From: Octopus sinensis
Taxonomy: Eukaryota
Length of the DNA stretch: 64,000 bases
Assembly (NCBI RefSeq): GCF_006345805.1
Contig: NC_043010.1
Location: 34,100,001 to 34,164,000 of the forward strand
Direction: 5' to 3'
Notes under the pieces: generated by a model
Database searches by the model: none
What the model saw: only the letters and a program-made list of their open reading frames with translations
Told to the model about the DNA's origin: nothing
Part shown: one piece after another, positions 1 through 13,463 of the stretch
Layout of the letters: each line of letters opens with the position of its first letter
Numbering within the stretch: the stretch's first letter is position 1
Position numbers and translations under genes: made by a program

Positions 1-569
1 TGTTTGCAATAAATCTGAACTAATGAAGGCATATGTGTATAGGTGGGGAAGTTAAAAGTTAAAAATAATACTGATAATCTGAAAATTATTACATTTGATC
101 TATAAAATAGGAGACATCCACTCTTATTGACATAGAGCTGGTCTGTAAGTGGTCACTCAGCTTGCTAGAAATAGCTGCCAAGATCTCTCAAATCATACCG
201 GTCAGTCTTAAAAGAAAATGGATGGAATAATATGATCCTACATACACTGTCTGAAATAAAGGTAAAAAGGTCACAATTGGAATGTCTTTGATTAAAAGTC
301 TGCTATTCGGTGCTCATCTGGAGTCAAACAATAAGCCTGTAATGTGGCTTTATATTTGTTATTCTGAGTTTCAGGATGTTTTTTTCATATTTGTTCTATT
401 TTTAGTATTTATTTTGAGACAGAAGGAGAGTGCTTTTAGATTTTACAGCTTTGGTGAATGTTAAGAGTTATAACATGAATGATGCAGTCCCCATAGATAC
501 AGGAAAAACTCCAGCTAGAGCCAATCAAGAAACCCCACATATCCAGGATTACCGTGACCACCAAAAGCA

Positions 570-935
570 TAAGGTCTGAAATTTTGGGGGAGGAGCTAGG
601 TAATTATATTGACCCCCAATGCTCAAATGGGTCTTAACCTCAAAAGGATGAAAGGCAAAGTCAATCTCAGTAAAATTTAACTCCGAGTGTAAAGACAGAT
701 AAAATGTTGCAAAGCAGTTTGCCCAGCATGCTAACAATTCTACTAACTCACTAATAATAATAATAATCCTTCCTACTAAAGGCACGAGACCAGAAATTTT
801 GGGGAAAGGCACTAGTTGATTACATCGACTCCAGTGTTTCACTGGTACTTAAATTTATTGATTCCGAAAGGATGAAAGGCAAAGTTGACTTTGGCAAAAT
901 TTGAACTCAGAACGCAGTGATGTGCGAAATACCGA
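570..935 (-). mobile_element. Two tandem copies of SINE family B (CTTTGCCTTTCATCCTTTCGGGGTCGAT core, (AAT)n tail)
   Basis: AAGGATGAAAGGCAAAGT occurs twice, separated by (AAT)n. Confidence 0.85.
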
Positions 936-2064
936 TAATAATACTAATTAGATATTTTATAAGTCTTAATAACCTTTGCTGTTTTTTGTATGCATTATAT
1001 ACTTCATTAATTATTATTTCTTGTTTTATTTAGATGCTAGAAATACATATAAAAAATTTCTTTGCAATTTTTAGTAATATAATACATTTATTTATTTTCT
1101 ACCTAACTTAGAAAATTACCCTCTACCTAACTAAATAAATTTAAAGTGCAAAAAATACTTATAATCCAAAAGTAAAGGACAAAAAATTTTTTAAAAAATG
1201 CCGCTATATCTTTAATTGATTTTGTGTAGTGTTACACATGGAAATATATTTTTTTCTTTTTCAAATTTATATTTGAGAAGTAAGTCTTAAAAATCAAGGC
1301 CAAGAGTTGTTAAGGTGCTGTTATTTTTTTTTAAAGAATTTCAATGCTTGTAAGTGTAATGTTTCTAAACTGTTGCAATATTTGTTCCTTGCATGAGTAT
1401 TTTGTAAGAAGTTTTTTTTTTAATTAAGGAGGGGGATGAATTTGAAACAAATATTGCTTTGACACTAATTAAATGCATGTATTTCTGATTGTGGAGTAGC
1501 AGAGTTGGTACAGTAATGGACCTAAATGCATTGTGGGATTTAATTATGCTTCCCTACATTATGAGGATAAGTCCCTCAGATCAATAAATTCACAGCACAC
1601 TACACAGTATTTTTGGATAACTTGAAATGTAAAGCATACAATTTTAACCTTGCTTTGAAAAGTAAACAAAAGTGGTCGTACTATAGGTTTTATCTCCCTG
1701 ACAGTAGAAAATGTGGGATTAATCTGAGTAGTTTCTTGACCTTTTAAAGCTTCATCAGGAAAAGAAAACCTACTATTTTATAACGGGGGTGGGGGGTTAA
1801 TTGCTCAATGCTATTTAAGGCGTATGCAAACTAGGACTTTATTATGAGTTTTTTAATGATAAATCTGTCCATTTTGGAACCAGAGTGCATCTGGTTCTTG
1901 TATGGGTTGTATATTTTTAGTGAGTGCTGCATTTGTGGTGTGTAGGTGAATTTGTTCTATGGCCTGGGTACTACAGTACTCGTTAATAACTGATGATTGT
2001 TTTACATGCAGTATTTCCATATTTAAAGCTTCTTTAATGGATGAGACAGAACACATATATCACA

Positions 2065-2270
2065 CCTAATCATCATCATGATCATCATCGTTTAACGTCC
2101 ACTTTCCATGCTAGCATGGGTTGGACGGTTCAACTGGGGTCTGGGGAGCCCGAAGGCTGCACCAGGCCAGTCAGATCTGGCAGTGTTTCTACAGCTGGAT
2201 GCCCTTCCTAACGCCAACCACTCCGAGAGTGTAGTGGGTGATTTTATGTGCCACCGACACAGGTGCCAGA
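2065..2270 (-). mobile_element. RTE-tailed SINE-like element (same family as 20.4 kb)
   Basis: (CAT)n followed by GTTTAACGTCCACTTTCCATGCTAGCATGGGTTGGACGG...GGATGCCCTTCCTAACGCCAACC. Confidence 0.9.
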
Positions 2271-2345
2271 CGAGGCTGAAACTTTATAATTAGAATATAT
2301 TACAAAAAAAAACATCACAATGAAAAACAACTCAAAACCACAAAT

Positions 2346-2383
<38 letters not shown>

Positions 2384-2739
2384 ATGCATGCAAACTTTGC
2401 AAGTCACACTAACTGGCCATATTTCTCGGCATATAATGACTTGCAGTTAGGTACTGCTGTCAATTTTATCAACTGTTTTCTCCTACTAAATGTATGGATC
2501 TGTGCCTATATCACAAATTCTTATATTAGAGTAGTGGATGGCAGAATGACTACCACATGTTTTATGCTGTGTACTATGCATGTACTTTTGACTATCATAG
2601 CTGTCATTTTTTACTTGATGCTTTCTGTCCTCTTTCTACCCTTTTCCAACAAGTTGTAGGTACACCTGAGTACTATATACATAAATGATAATAATAATAA
2701 TAATAATTGTTTTGTTGTTGTTGTTGTTGTTTGTTCCTT

Positions 2740-3030
2740 CTCAAGCCACACCTGGCTCATAGGGCCAGTTTGATGTTTTCCTTGGCATATAGGTTCCCCA
2801 CCTGGACGGGACGCTGGTCCGTCGCAGGTTGAGCTGCAAGATGCAGGAAGAAAGAGTGAGAGAAAGTTGTGGTGAAAGAGTCAGCAGAAGTTCGCCATTA
2901 CCTTCTGCCGGAGCCGTGTGGAACTTAGGTGTTTTGCTCATAAACACACACATCGCTCGGTCTGAGATTCGAACCCGTGATCCTTCGACCGCGAGTTCAC
3001 TGCTCTAACTACTAGACCATGTGCCTCCAC
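2740..3030 (-). mobile_element. tRNA-derived SINE with clear A and B boxes
   Basis: Minus strand GTGGAGGCACATGGTCTAGTAGTTAGAGC..GGGTTCGAATCTC, followed by a non-tRNA body and a (AAC)n tail. Confidence 0.85.
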
Positions 3031-3302
3031 AATAATAATAATAATAATAATAATAATATAATAATAATAATAATAATAGAATTATGCCTTGCAGCATGTA
3101 GTTGTATCATCTGAGTTCAAATCCCACTGGGATTGACTGACTTTTCATCCTTCCAAGGTTGATAAATGAAGCACAAAATTACAAATTTTGGCTGAAAGGT
3201 GTCTGTCACTGATTAAACTGAATCCAAATTATGTCTGTATTATACTAATGGAAGAGGAATTACATTTGACAAAAAATATTGTTTGTCCCTCTTTTTGACC
3301 AG

Positions 3303-3335
3303 TGCAGACACAGTTGCGGCTCAGGAAGATGTGAG
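3303..3335 (+). CDS. 33-nt symmetric micro-exon candidate (CRHSCGSGRCE or ADTVAAQEDV depending on frame)
   Basis: Branch-point-like TACTAAT at 3243-3249, pyrimidine tract GTTTGTCCCTCTTTTTGACCAG, donor GAG|GTGAGT, and a length that is a multiple of 3. Confidence 0.3.
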
Positions 3336-3387
3336 GTGAGTGAGTCATGTGGACAATATTTTGTTAGTAAATTTAGAAGAAAGGATT

Positions 3388-3388
3388 A

Positions 3389-3460
<72 letters not shown>

Positions 3461-3478
3461 TGTGTGTGTATGTGTGTC
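3388..3478. repeat. (GA)n/(GT)n microsatellite
   Basis: Direct inspection. Confidence 0.95.
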
Positions 3479-4329
3479 TATGCTCACAGCTTGGTAGTAA
3501 GCAAGTGTTTGCCAAGAGTTAAGTGAAGATTTGCTACATGTGGTTATAAAGTCTTGGAAGTAAATGGTCACAGGTGCGAGTACAGTACTTCAGTGTAGTT
3601 TTGCATCCCCTATAAGGGCCAGCAGCATTGGGGGCTGGCTGAAGTATTTTTCATGCAGTGAATGTTAAGTTGAAGGATGATAACTGTGAGCAAGACCTAT
3701 AGAATTTATGAATTAAAAAAACCATCATAAAAACCACAATAATAATTACAACCATGAGCAAAACCTATAGAATTTATAAATATAAATACCATTGCAAAAC
3801 CTAGCAACATCATAGGCTATGAAAGATCTTATCATCAAGAATGACTAAGGGTTTTGAAGGAGAGGCTAGCAGCACTTAAAAGAGTTAATAGCTTTAACCT
3901 TTCTCACTTGTAGACATCTCACTTGAAATAATTTTTAACTAAAATATATAAAATGTATACAAAATGTCAAAATCTTACGAAGCAGTGAAAAGGTCACAGA
4001 CTGCACAAATGTAAATGTAAAAGATTAAGAAAAAAAGCCTCTCGATAAAATACATTTGTGAAGAATATTCGTAAAACAAAATCTCAATAACAGTTTTGGT
4101 GTTTGCTATAGTTTTGGTTTTAATGATTTCCTTAGGTAGAAAAGTAAGAATTGCAAAAGATGGACTGTGGGCAGTCTAAATAATAGCTTTATTTAGACTA
4201 AGATTAAAATTTCTAAATATAAGACTTTGGAAATAAAAAAATGTCTCCTCTGAAGGATCTCTGGAGTAAAGTTACTTGATATGGTGTGTAGCTTAGAGAT
4301 CAGGGAGTTTCTCCAGGTCAACCTGCTAT

Positions 4330-4560
4330 TTTTCTACACTGAGAGGTTACAGCTCTGGGGTAAGGACACATGGTCAGAGTGCCACAGGAAAGGATGGCTC
4401 ACAAGATAAATTCTTCAAGCGAAGCTGTATCGCAGGAGACTTAAGGGTTGACCAAGATTAAGATGGTTAAATAATATCCATAGTCTCAGCTGGTTACACT
4501 TGGGAATTATGTAGGAAATTGTAATGACAGTTGCTTCTGTTAGGACCCTATGGAGGAGGT
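4330..4560 (+). mobile_element. Possible RTE-type LINE C-terminal remnant
   Basis: Translation RRRLKG*PRLRWLNNI resembles the RTE C-terminal G-R-R-G-R-P-x-x-R-W-x-D-x-I motif; it is highly degenerate. Confidence 0.35.
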
Positions 4561-5184
4561 GCCTCAGGACTCAAACTCCACAACCTCATCAGGAGTAGTG
4601 GGCAATAAAAATGGAAGGATGGAAAATATTTCATACCATTAACAGATTTTTTGGGGGTGTCCCTTAGAATGTCTTATCTCAAGTCCATTTTCAGTGGTTG
4701 ACTTAATTTGTTGTTCAGCTTAACACTATCACCTGATCATTAAGCACAATTTTTTGTAAGAAATTGCAATCATATACAAGGAATAAGAAAGAGTAAGTGA
4801 AAAGGATGAAGTGAGTTGGGTAGGAACTGAAAGATTACTATTTGAGTTGAGATGACAACAAAATAGGTAATGTAACAGTTACATCTTTCTAAAGAACATT
4901 AACAAAATGAAACAGCTTTGACCAAGAACCAAATTTAGTCATAGATTTGGTTAAAACAAGAGTTTGTCAACTGCACAATATTACTCATACAATGCCATCA
5001 AATAATTGCCATAAACTTGATAAACTGTGAAATTAATATTCTAACCAAGTGTTCTACTGTTCAATATCTTGCTCAATAATGGGAAAGTGAAATCTAAAAA
5101 TGTAAATGATAGATGATTTGAACACTTAATTCCCAAAGGATGGGCTTGATTTTCCTATTATTTCTCTGTCTACATGGTCACTGC

Positions 5185-5520
5185 CATGTTACATCGCCAT
5201 CGTCGTTCTAACACCCACTTTTCCATACCTGCATAGGTCAGACGGAATTTATTGAGGCAAATTTTCTAAGGTCAAATGCCCTTCCTGTCACCAGCTCTCT
5301 TGTTTCCAAGCAAGGTAATATTTCCCCACGAACTGACACTTCTTGGATAACAGAGGAACTCATTTACAACTATCATATGATGCCAAAACAAGGAGCCACA
5401 AACACACACATGATGGGCTTCTTACAATTTCCATTGACCAAATCTACTCACAAGGCTCTTGTTGGCCTGGGGCTATAGAAGAAGCCATGCAGTTAGGAAG
5501 CAAACTTCTTAACCATCTAT
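5185..5520 (-). mobile_element. Composite SINE (family A head, RTE-like tail)
   Basis: Reverse complement of the 8135-8530 layout. Confidence 0.75.
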
Positions 5521-6689
5521 CCATGCCTGTGCATTTAAATAAACCTCTTCCAACCTCAAAAACAAAATCTGTAATCCTTCAATCTACCTGCAACTTTTTT
5601 TACCAGCTCTTGAGGCCTACTTTTGTTTATAACAACTGAATTTCTTCATTAACAGCTATTGTAGCCCATTAACAATAATTTCAAGATGATTGGTAGTGGT
5701 TTATTTGAACAACAGACCTGCTTTTATATATACATACACATTTTTCTGTACATATTGTATTTTAACTGAAACCAATGAATGTTTAAATATCTTAAATTAT
5801 TTTTATCTTCATCTCATGAGTCTGACTATTTCTGCTAACTTGCATTGCTAATTAATTTCTTTAGAAAAAAAATAAGGGAAAAAAAAGAGGGGTGATACCT
5901 TATTTCTATTCTATTTTTTCCCTCCATCCCTAAGCATTTTAAAACTACTTCATCCTTTCCTATTAATTAAACCGTCTTTTGTTTTACTCACTCATGATTT
6001 ACATTATCAATATAGCTAACCCCTTAGTATCCGTAACACAGTAGTGTAAGAACTATACATACAAGAGCAGTAATTTTTAACCTTTGCAGATAAATAACCC
6101 TGTGTTAAACTGTAGTTAATTTTGCACAGCAGTTTACTATAAGAATTTTCCTATAACTATCCAGCCCAGCATGAACCTCTTTTTAGCTATTTGCATAGAC
6201 TACTGTCCCTCATGTTAAAACTTTTATGGAAATTACTGAAAGAACTGAGGACTTGTATAACACAGTTATATCGGTCCTTGGTTCATCAACTGTCAGATTT
6301 CTGCTCACTAACAACACAATGCCCTACACATGTTTCAATCTTGGCAAAGACTTGTTTTGAAAATGTGTCTAAAATATAAATATTATACTTGTTTTAAATG
6401 TTTTATTTCCAAGAGAAATCATGATACTGCCAAACACCTATCACACTCCAGGGTGCCCCCTTATGAGCTTACAAAGTGCCCCAAGGTAGTGCTACTGCCC
6501 AGATTAAGAACAGCTAAGAGAGAATACAGTAATGTACTTTGCCATAGTTATGACTGATGCAAGAAAGTGTATCTTGTCTTAGAGATATTCCCTAGTATTC
6601 ATAATGCTAATGGTATTAATATAGAGTAGAATAGATTATATAAGGCTTTAACCTAGTAGCATCTATTAATGAAATTAAATATGTTAGAT

Positions 6690-6910
6690 ACCTTTAGTGT
6701 TCAGATTACTCTGTCAAAATATAATGCTTATTTATTCGCACTGTTTTAAATTAATCATGTATTATCTTGTAGCTTCAAGGTTTTGACATGATTATTTACT
6801 TTTAGAATTACACTGTAAGGTAGGTGTGAAAGGCTGGCTCTGGCTGCTTTGAGCATTAAACTGGTAGAATATTTTGGCCGGATATAACCAGTTTAAATGT
6901 TAGAGGATTG
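6690..6910 (+). mobile_element. Same TTAA MITE family, decayed ends
   Basis: The body is the reverse complement of 43365-43582. Confidence 0.75.
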
Positions 6911-7669
6911 ACCAGTTTCAAAACTAAGTCTTTGAAAAAGTATTTTTATTCAGCCATTATGACAAGCCTAACGGATGTCCCTATATGCTGATTACGACAA
7001 TCAGACAGGATTCTTGCATGCAAAAGGGTTAAATTACTTCGTTATTTCTTCACTAAATCGTTCTGCTTATCTTATTTTATTTGAAAGCTACTAGAAATAC
7101 TTTGAAAACCATCAACAAGTACTATTTATAACAGACTAATTTTTAAATAGGTCAGTTTCATAGATTTCGCATACTAGTGAGGTTTTTGCACAAAGCTACT
7201 ACTACTTTGGTGCAACTTTTACACAATATAAAATTTTTAATTTAAAATTTATTCCAGAAAGGCTGTGGAATGTGAAATTATATGATATTATACTTATAAG
7301 CACCAATTTGAGACAGAAAAGAGCAATAGGACTACTAACAGGATTAAAACATCATTGTTTCTTGTCAGGCAATAGTGTTAGTTAAATGTAGGCTTGTTGT
7401 TTTCTCATTCAAATTCCTATTTATAATTTATCATTTAAATTGAATTATTAGCAATTAATTCATGATGATATTATTTATGTTTAAAAAAAAGTAACTTCCA
7501 AAACTATGAACATTTATTAGAAAAAATATAAAATTACTAAAAAAAAAGTTATGATGCCTGAAATTATTTATTTTCTTAAAAATCTATAAAATATGAAATT
7601 ATTAATTATTTTAAACAAAAACTGTGAGAAATGAAACTATTCCAAAACAGAAGAAAAAAGAAACAAATA

Positions 7670-8044
7670 GGTGCAAGAGTGGCTGTGTGGTAAGTAGCTT
7701 GCTTACGAACCACATGGTTCCAGGTTCAGTCCCACTGCGTGGCACCTTGGGCAAGTGTCTTCTACTAGAGCCTCGGGTCGACCAAAGCCTTGTGAGTAGA
7801 TTTGGTAGACGGAAACTGAAAGAAGCCCATCGTATATACGTATATATGTGTGTGTGTGTATGTTTGTTTGTGTTTATCCCTCAACATCGCTTGACAACCG
7901 ATGCTGTGTATTTATGTCCCCGTAACTTATGGTTCAGCAAAAGAGTCCAATAAAATAAGTACTAGGCTTACAAAGAATAAGTCCTGTGGTCGATTTACTC
8001 GACTAAAGGCCACAGTCAAATGACTGAAACAAGTAAAAGAGTAA
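7670..8044 (+). mobile_element. tRNA-derived SINE, family A (CORE/MIR-like CCTTGGGCAAGTGTCTT segment, internal TA/TG repeat, AAGTAAAAGA tail)
   Basis: A-box-like TGGCTGTGTGG, B-box-like GGTTCAGTCCC, then the body and tail shared with many copies in the window. Confidence 0.9.
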
Positions 8045-8134
8045 CTATGGAAAACGGAAATATATATTTTTAAAAAATCCGAGAAATATAAAATTATTTA
8101 TTAAAAAAAATTGAGATATGAAATTAGGTGCAGG

Positions 8135-8530
8135 TGTAACTAGGCTTAGGCATGGTTGTGTATTTAAGAAACTTGCTTCCCAATATGTGGTCTCAGGTTC
8201 TGTCCCACTGTGCGGCACACTGGGTAAGTGTCTTCTATAGTTTCAAGCCAACCAAAACCTTGGGAGTGGATTTGGTAGATAGAAACTGAAAGAAGCCCAT
8301 TTTATATGTTTGTGTGTACAACTTTGTTTTGTCATCATGTGAGGCTTTTAAACAAGCATCACAGACTTATAAACAATGTCATTCATTTCCAGTCTTCCAC
8401 CAAAAACATGGTGAAATATTACCCTGCTTGGAAACAGGTGAGAGTTGGCAACAGGAAAGGCATCCAGCCATAGAAAAATCTGACTGATGCAAACATAGAA
8501 AAGTGGATGTTAAATGATGATGATGATGAA
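8135..8530 (+). mobile_element. Composite SINE: family A head joined to a GGTTGGCAACAGGAAGGGCATCC body and an RTE-like (GAT)n tail
   Basis: The head matches family A; after the TG repeat the sequence switches to GGAAACAGGTGAGAGTTGGCAACAGG...GTGGATGTTAAATGATGATG. Confidence 0.8.
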
Positions 8531-9016
8531 GTTTGAAATTATTTACTAAATAAATATGAAACATGACCATCTCTTTTGAATTTTAAGTATAATTAGATAA
8601 AAGAAGAGAACAGTTTTTTTCAATGGTTTTAGTTTTTGTCTGTAAAACTCAATATTGTTTGATTTTAATAAATATTACAAATGGGAAATTATAAATCCTC
8701 TTCCCCTCTCTAAGATTATTTTTATTTAAAAAAAAGTTTTATTATTATTTTTCTCATACATTTCAAATAGATAAATCAAAATTCAACAAATAAAAAACAA
8801 AAATCTCCAAAATAAAAAAGAAAAAACAAACAAAAGGACCACAACTAAAAACTGAAATATTTTAAAGTAATTGAATTAAATTTGCTATATTTTTTTCTCT
8901 TTGTTTGAATTCAATTTAAATTTATAAAATATTTTTTAATTCAAGCCCTCACTCTTTCAAAATTTCAACAATGAGCAAAAAAAAAAACTGGTCCTATTAT
9001 ATACGCACACACACAA

Positions 9017-9017
<1 letters not shown>

Positions 9018-9082
<65 letters not shown>
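9018..9082. repeat. (TA)n microsatellite
   Basis: Direct inspection. Confidence 0.95.
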
Positions 9083-9085
<3 letters not shown>

Positions 9086-9984
9086 CACACATACATATAC
9101 AAAAACACACACACATGCACACACATCTGTAATGTATCAAAAACGAAATTTGGCTAAGTAATACGTCAAAGTTCAATGAACAATTGCTGTTCAATAAAGT
9201 TTCTTTTTCTATTGGTTTAACTTGAAGTAAAATCAACTTTTTTTTATTATGATTTTGCATTAAAAAGTTGTTCCAAAAACAAAATTCTCTGTTTTATGCT
9301 GTTGATAAAACGATAAGGGTAAAAATAAAATGAAAAGAAAAGAAAAAAAACTCCCAGTTTCCTAATACATGTATATTAGTGTGTGCATATGTATGTGTGT
9401 GTGTGTTCACATGTGCAGTGGAGTTAAGGACTGGTTATCCTTTGGAACTTTTTGTTCCTGTTGAATATAAAAGGATTCTTTCTTCCCTGCTCTCTCTTTC
9501 TCCCACTTGCCCCTTCCCCTCTCTCTCTCTGTACAAAATTTAGACTGTATGAAGTGTATATAAGCAGTATGACGCTAGATGTGGGCAATGAATAAGTAAC
9601 ATCTGCAGAAACTGGAAAGAAACGAGAGACACATGATCTGTTGGATGTGAAACATTAATTTGCACGCATAAGAAGCAGAGCAGAAGTGAGCCGAGAAATC
9701 AACAGAGCATTAAAGACAATCAGATGATGTATGCAGCAGAGATGAAGTGAGCCAATAGGGATGTTGTGTGGTTGTACGAAAGTCAATGGATTGTGGGTAA
9801 GAAATATTGTATGTTGCTGGTGGGAAGTTACCTGTGGCAGAAGATGAGCAATGAGCAACTGGGGGTGGTGGGGTGGGGGTGAATGATGAGGTCAGATATG
9901 GGACTCATACATATGATAAAAATAAAAAGACCCCCCCCCCAAAAAAAAACCCAACATGGAAAAATAACACCAAAACTTTTTAAT

Positions 9985-10400
9985 AAGGCTTGTGTGGTTA
10001 AGAAGCTTGCTTTGCAACCAAGTGGTTTTGGGTTCAGTCCCACTGGATGGCACCTCACACAAGTAAGTGTCTTCTACTATAGGCTTGGGTCAACCAATGC
10101 CTTGCAAGTGAATTTGGTAAACAGACACAGTGTGGAAGCCTGTTGTGTATATGTATGTATGTGTGTATGTAACTCTGCATCTGTGTTTGCTCCCCCTACC
10201 ATCACTGCTTCATAACTGGCATTGGTTTGTTTATGTCCCTGTAGTTTGGTAAAAGAGATGATAGAATAAGTATGAGCCTTAAAAAATAAAATAAAAAGAG
10301 TGCTGCTGTTGATTTGTTCAACTAAAATCCTTCAAAGCAGTGCTCTAGCATGGCTGCAGTCCAATGACTGAAACAAGTAAAAGGTAAAAAATAAAAAAAA
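9985..10400 (+). mobile_element. SINE family A, older copy
   Basis: Colinear with 7670-8044, with CpG decay. Confidence 0.85.
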
Positions 10401-12988
10401 AGATGTATGTTTACAATACAATGTCCACTTTTTTTTTTTTGCCGGCATAGGTTGGACAAGTTGTCTCTTGTCACATTCTATACCATCTCCCAGACATAAG
10501 AAGAGAGAAAACCCAGTCAACTTTGTTATTGTATAGGTCTATAGTGAAGAATAAGTGCATTTCATTATATCACCAGCATAAGAGAGAGTTGTCATATGTA
10601 GGAGGAATAAAGAATTCCCTCTACCTTGTATCAGTTCTTATTAAGTGTTACTGCCCGCTGTGGCCCTCCATGGTTCTTTGACTTGCTATCCACTTATAGT
10701 CCTTGCCACTCAGTGTCAACAGCCATAATCCTTATAAGTCTTACTACTACTGCAGTCTTTGTTATATGGGGATTTAGCTAACAAGCAAAATATCTTAGAA
10801 GAGTCACTATAATGACAGAGGATTCTCTTTCATAATCACAAAATACATGCTCATATATATAAACAGCTACAAATACACCCACCCACACAAACATGTGAGC
10901 AGGCATTGCCTAGCGGTTAGGCATTGCCCTCATGATTGTGATATCGTGGTTTCCATTCATGGACCAGATGGTCATTGTGATCTCAAGCAAAGTACTTCCT
11001 CTAGTGTTGCTCTGCGATCTTGACACATGATGTGTGTGGTACACTGTGCATCTGTACAGGCAGTGCTGATTTTAATAGAGGAAAGGAGCTAATGTACAAC
11101 ATAGACATTTGATCATTATAAACAAATCATTTGTGCAGGTTATTTAAGTGGGAAATTGCAGAACTGTCTTTCTTCAACTACGAGAGACAACAATTCATAT
11201 ATTATATATAAACATATCTATCTATATTTATATAAACACATACATACATGCAGAGGCACACAGATCAACTAACAGCTAATAGTTTTATTAAACATTATAC
11301 ATTTACAAGAATGGTAAGCAAAAGGTATGTAGATCAATTTCAGTCAATTTGTCTTTAAACCTCAATTTGCTTACAAATCTGTTTTATACATATACGTATG
11401 TAGAACCAGTAATGAGAAGTTTGGTTCAAGAGGAATTTTTTTCTCCCTAATGTTACAAATTCAATCATTCAAATTGATAGAATCAACATGTTTTAAAAAC
11501 CAAAATCTGAGAGACAGAAAGCAATAGACAAAGAGAGAGAGAGAGAGAGAGAGAATTGAGAGGAAGCAGAACTTAACTGAAAATATATAAATATTAAAAA
11601 AAACCCAACTAAAATTGAATTTCAAATAATTGAAAATTTTAATATATGAAAAAACAAAAATTTTTTCATTAATTTTTCTGAACTTTTTTCTCAATTTGAA
11701 ATTCAAAACTAGAAACAAAGAAAATAAAGACAAAAAAACAAAAACAAAACAAACCCAATTCTTTTTCTGTGGTGTTACTCTGGCATGGCCCACAACTTAG
11801 TAGCTGGCTGGAACCAGTAAAAGAGTATACAAACTTGTATCAAAATTCTACATCTCAGTTATAGATACTGACTCAAGGGGAAGCCACTTCTAGTCACTTT
11901 AGAGAGGGCAGTCACAAAATCACATCTTCAACTGCAGTTCAAACTGAAATTTTAGTAGCATACCAATTTGAGCACTCAGAGTGCATACCTATTAGTCTGG
12001 CTCATCCTGACGAAAACACCTCATATCTTTTATACATCTCAGCTATATTATAAAACCCAATACTAAATTCTTTCTTGACAAAATCTAACGAGAAAATAAA
12101 TTACAATAACTTTATTAATTCTTTTAATCCTTCTTTAGGTTTTAGTCATTTCTAAGATAAAAGTGTAGTAGGTATTCAAATGTAGATTAGATGGGATTAA
12201 AAGAAGTGAAGCAGGAGAAAGAGAAGAAAGGAAAAAAAGAAAGAATTGTGAAGATTATATTTCACTAAAGCTGATATTTTTGTGTTTTTACAGTTTGTTT
12301 TTCCTTCCTTTGAATTTCACGAACTAAAATTATTTAAAAAAACAAAAAAATTAATTAAAAAGGAAAGAAGACATAAAAGAAAAACAACAACAAAAACAAA
12401 ATGCAAACAAAAAACAACTGGAAAATACAAAGAAGATATGAAAAATAATTGAAAATAGGAATGGTTTTATGGTTTTATCATTTGTGAAGTAGAGGGAAAA
12501 ATCGTTGTTTCTCTATGTTGCAAAAGCTTCTGATACTAAATATACAGGTAATAATTAATAGAAACAACAACGACAACAACGACGAAGATGATGATGATGA
12601 TGATTTATTATTTATTCATTATTATCTTAAAATAAAAAAATAAAAGTGATTTTTAGCATTATATAAGATTTCTCACGGTAACAATAATAAATTTAGGCAC
12701 AAGGTCACAAAATATTTTGGGAAGAGGGAGGGCAGTTAATAATCGATCGTCCCACCACCATCACCACTACTACAACGATAATAGTAAAAACAGCAATGGA
12801 TTATAGCAAAAAGAATGATTTCCTTAATAATAATAATAATAATGTTGATGATGATTTACAATAATGATAATAATACTAAATATTAATCTAGACCAAGAAG
12901 TAGTAGTAGAGTAGGATGACAGTAAGTGTAGTGAATTGTAACTAACTTGCAAGAGAGGAGTCAAAAAGCTATTGTGGGTTTGTGTAAA

Positions 12989-13020
12989 AGCAATCTGCTG
13001 AGCCGGCTCAGTAGATAGCT
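12989..13020. other. 32-bp near-perfect palindrome in a unique-sequence block
   Basis: AGC-A-ATCTGCTGAGCCGGCTCAGTAGAT-A-GCT; the 24-bp core has one G/T mismatch. Confidence 0.8.
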
Positions 13021-13379
13021 AGGCTGGCAAGCGTGCAATGCAATTCTGGCTGACTAGCACTGCACACTTATTTAGAATCACTGCAACCACATATTAAGGA
13101 AGGGTTGGCTGTTCATAGTGGAGGCAGCTATGGAAAAGAAGAGAGGGGAGAGAGAGAAAGAGAGAGAGCAAGCTGGGGAAAAAGAGAGGGGAGAGGAAGG
13201 AGCTAGTGAGGTAGAAAGTGGAGACTATGGAGTGAAGAGCAGAATGAAAATTTGTAATGAAGGGGAGGGGGAAGATTTTATGCATATCCAGGATTGTGCG
13301 AAGAATTACTGCGCTTACGCACACACACAATTCTATATGCCTACACATACAAATGTACATATATGTGTGCGTGTATAGG

Positions 13380-13384
13380 CATGA

Positions 13385-13463
<79 letters not shown>

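Noticed and set aside
6199-6379. Plus-strand terminal exon candidate (TTVPHVKTFMEITERTEDLY...)
   Set aside because: The acceptor is weak, two frames are open, there is no recognisable homology, and this is expected by chance.
11373-11468. Minus-strand ATG-initiated exon MIEFVTLGRKKFLLNQ... ending at TTT|GTAAGC
   Set aside because: It is short, AT-rich, unrecognisable, and has no supporting downstream exon in the window.
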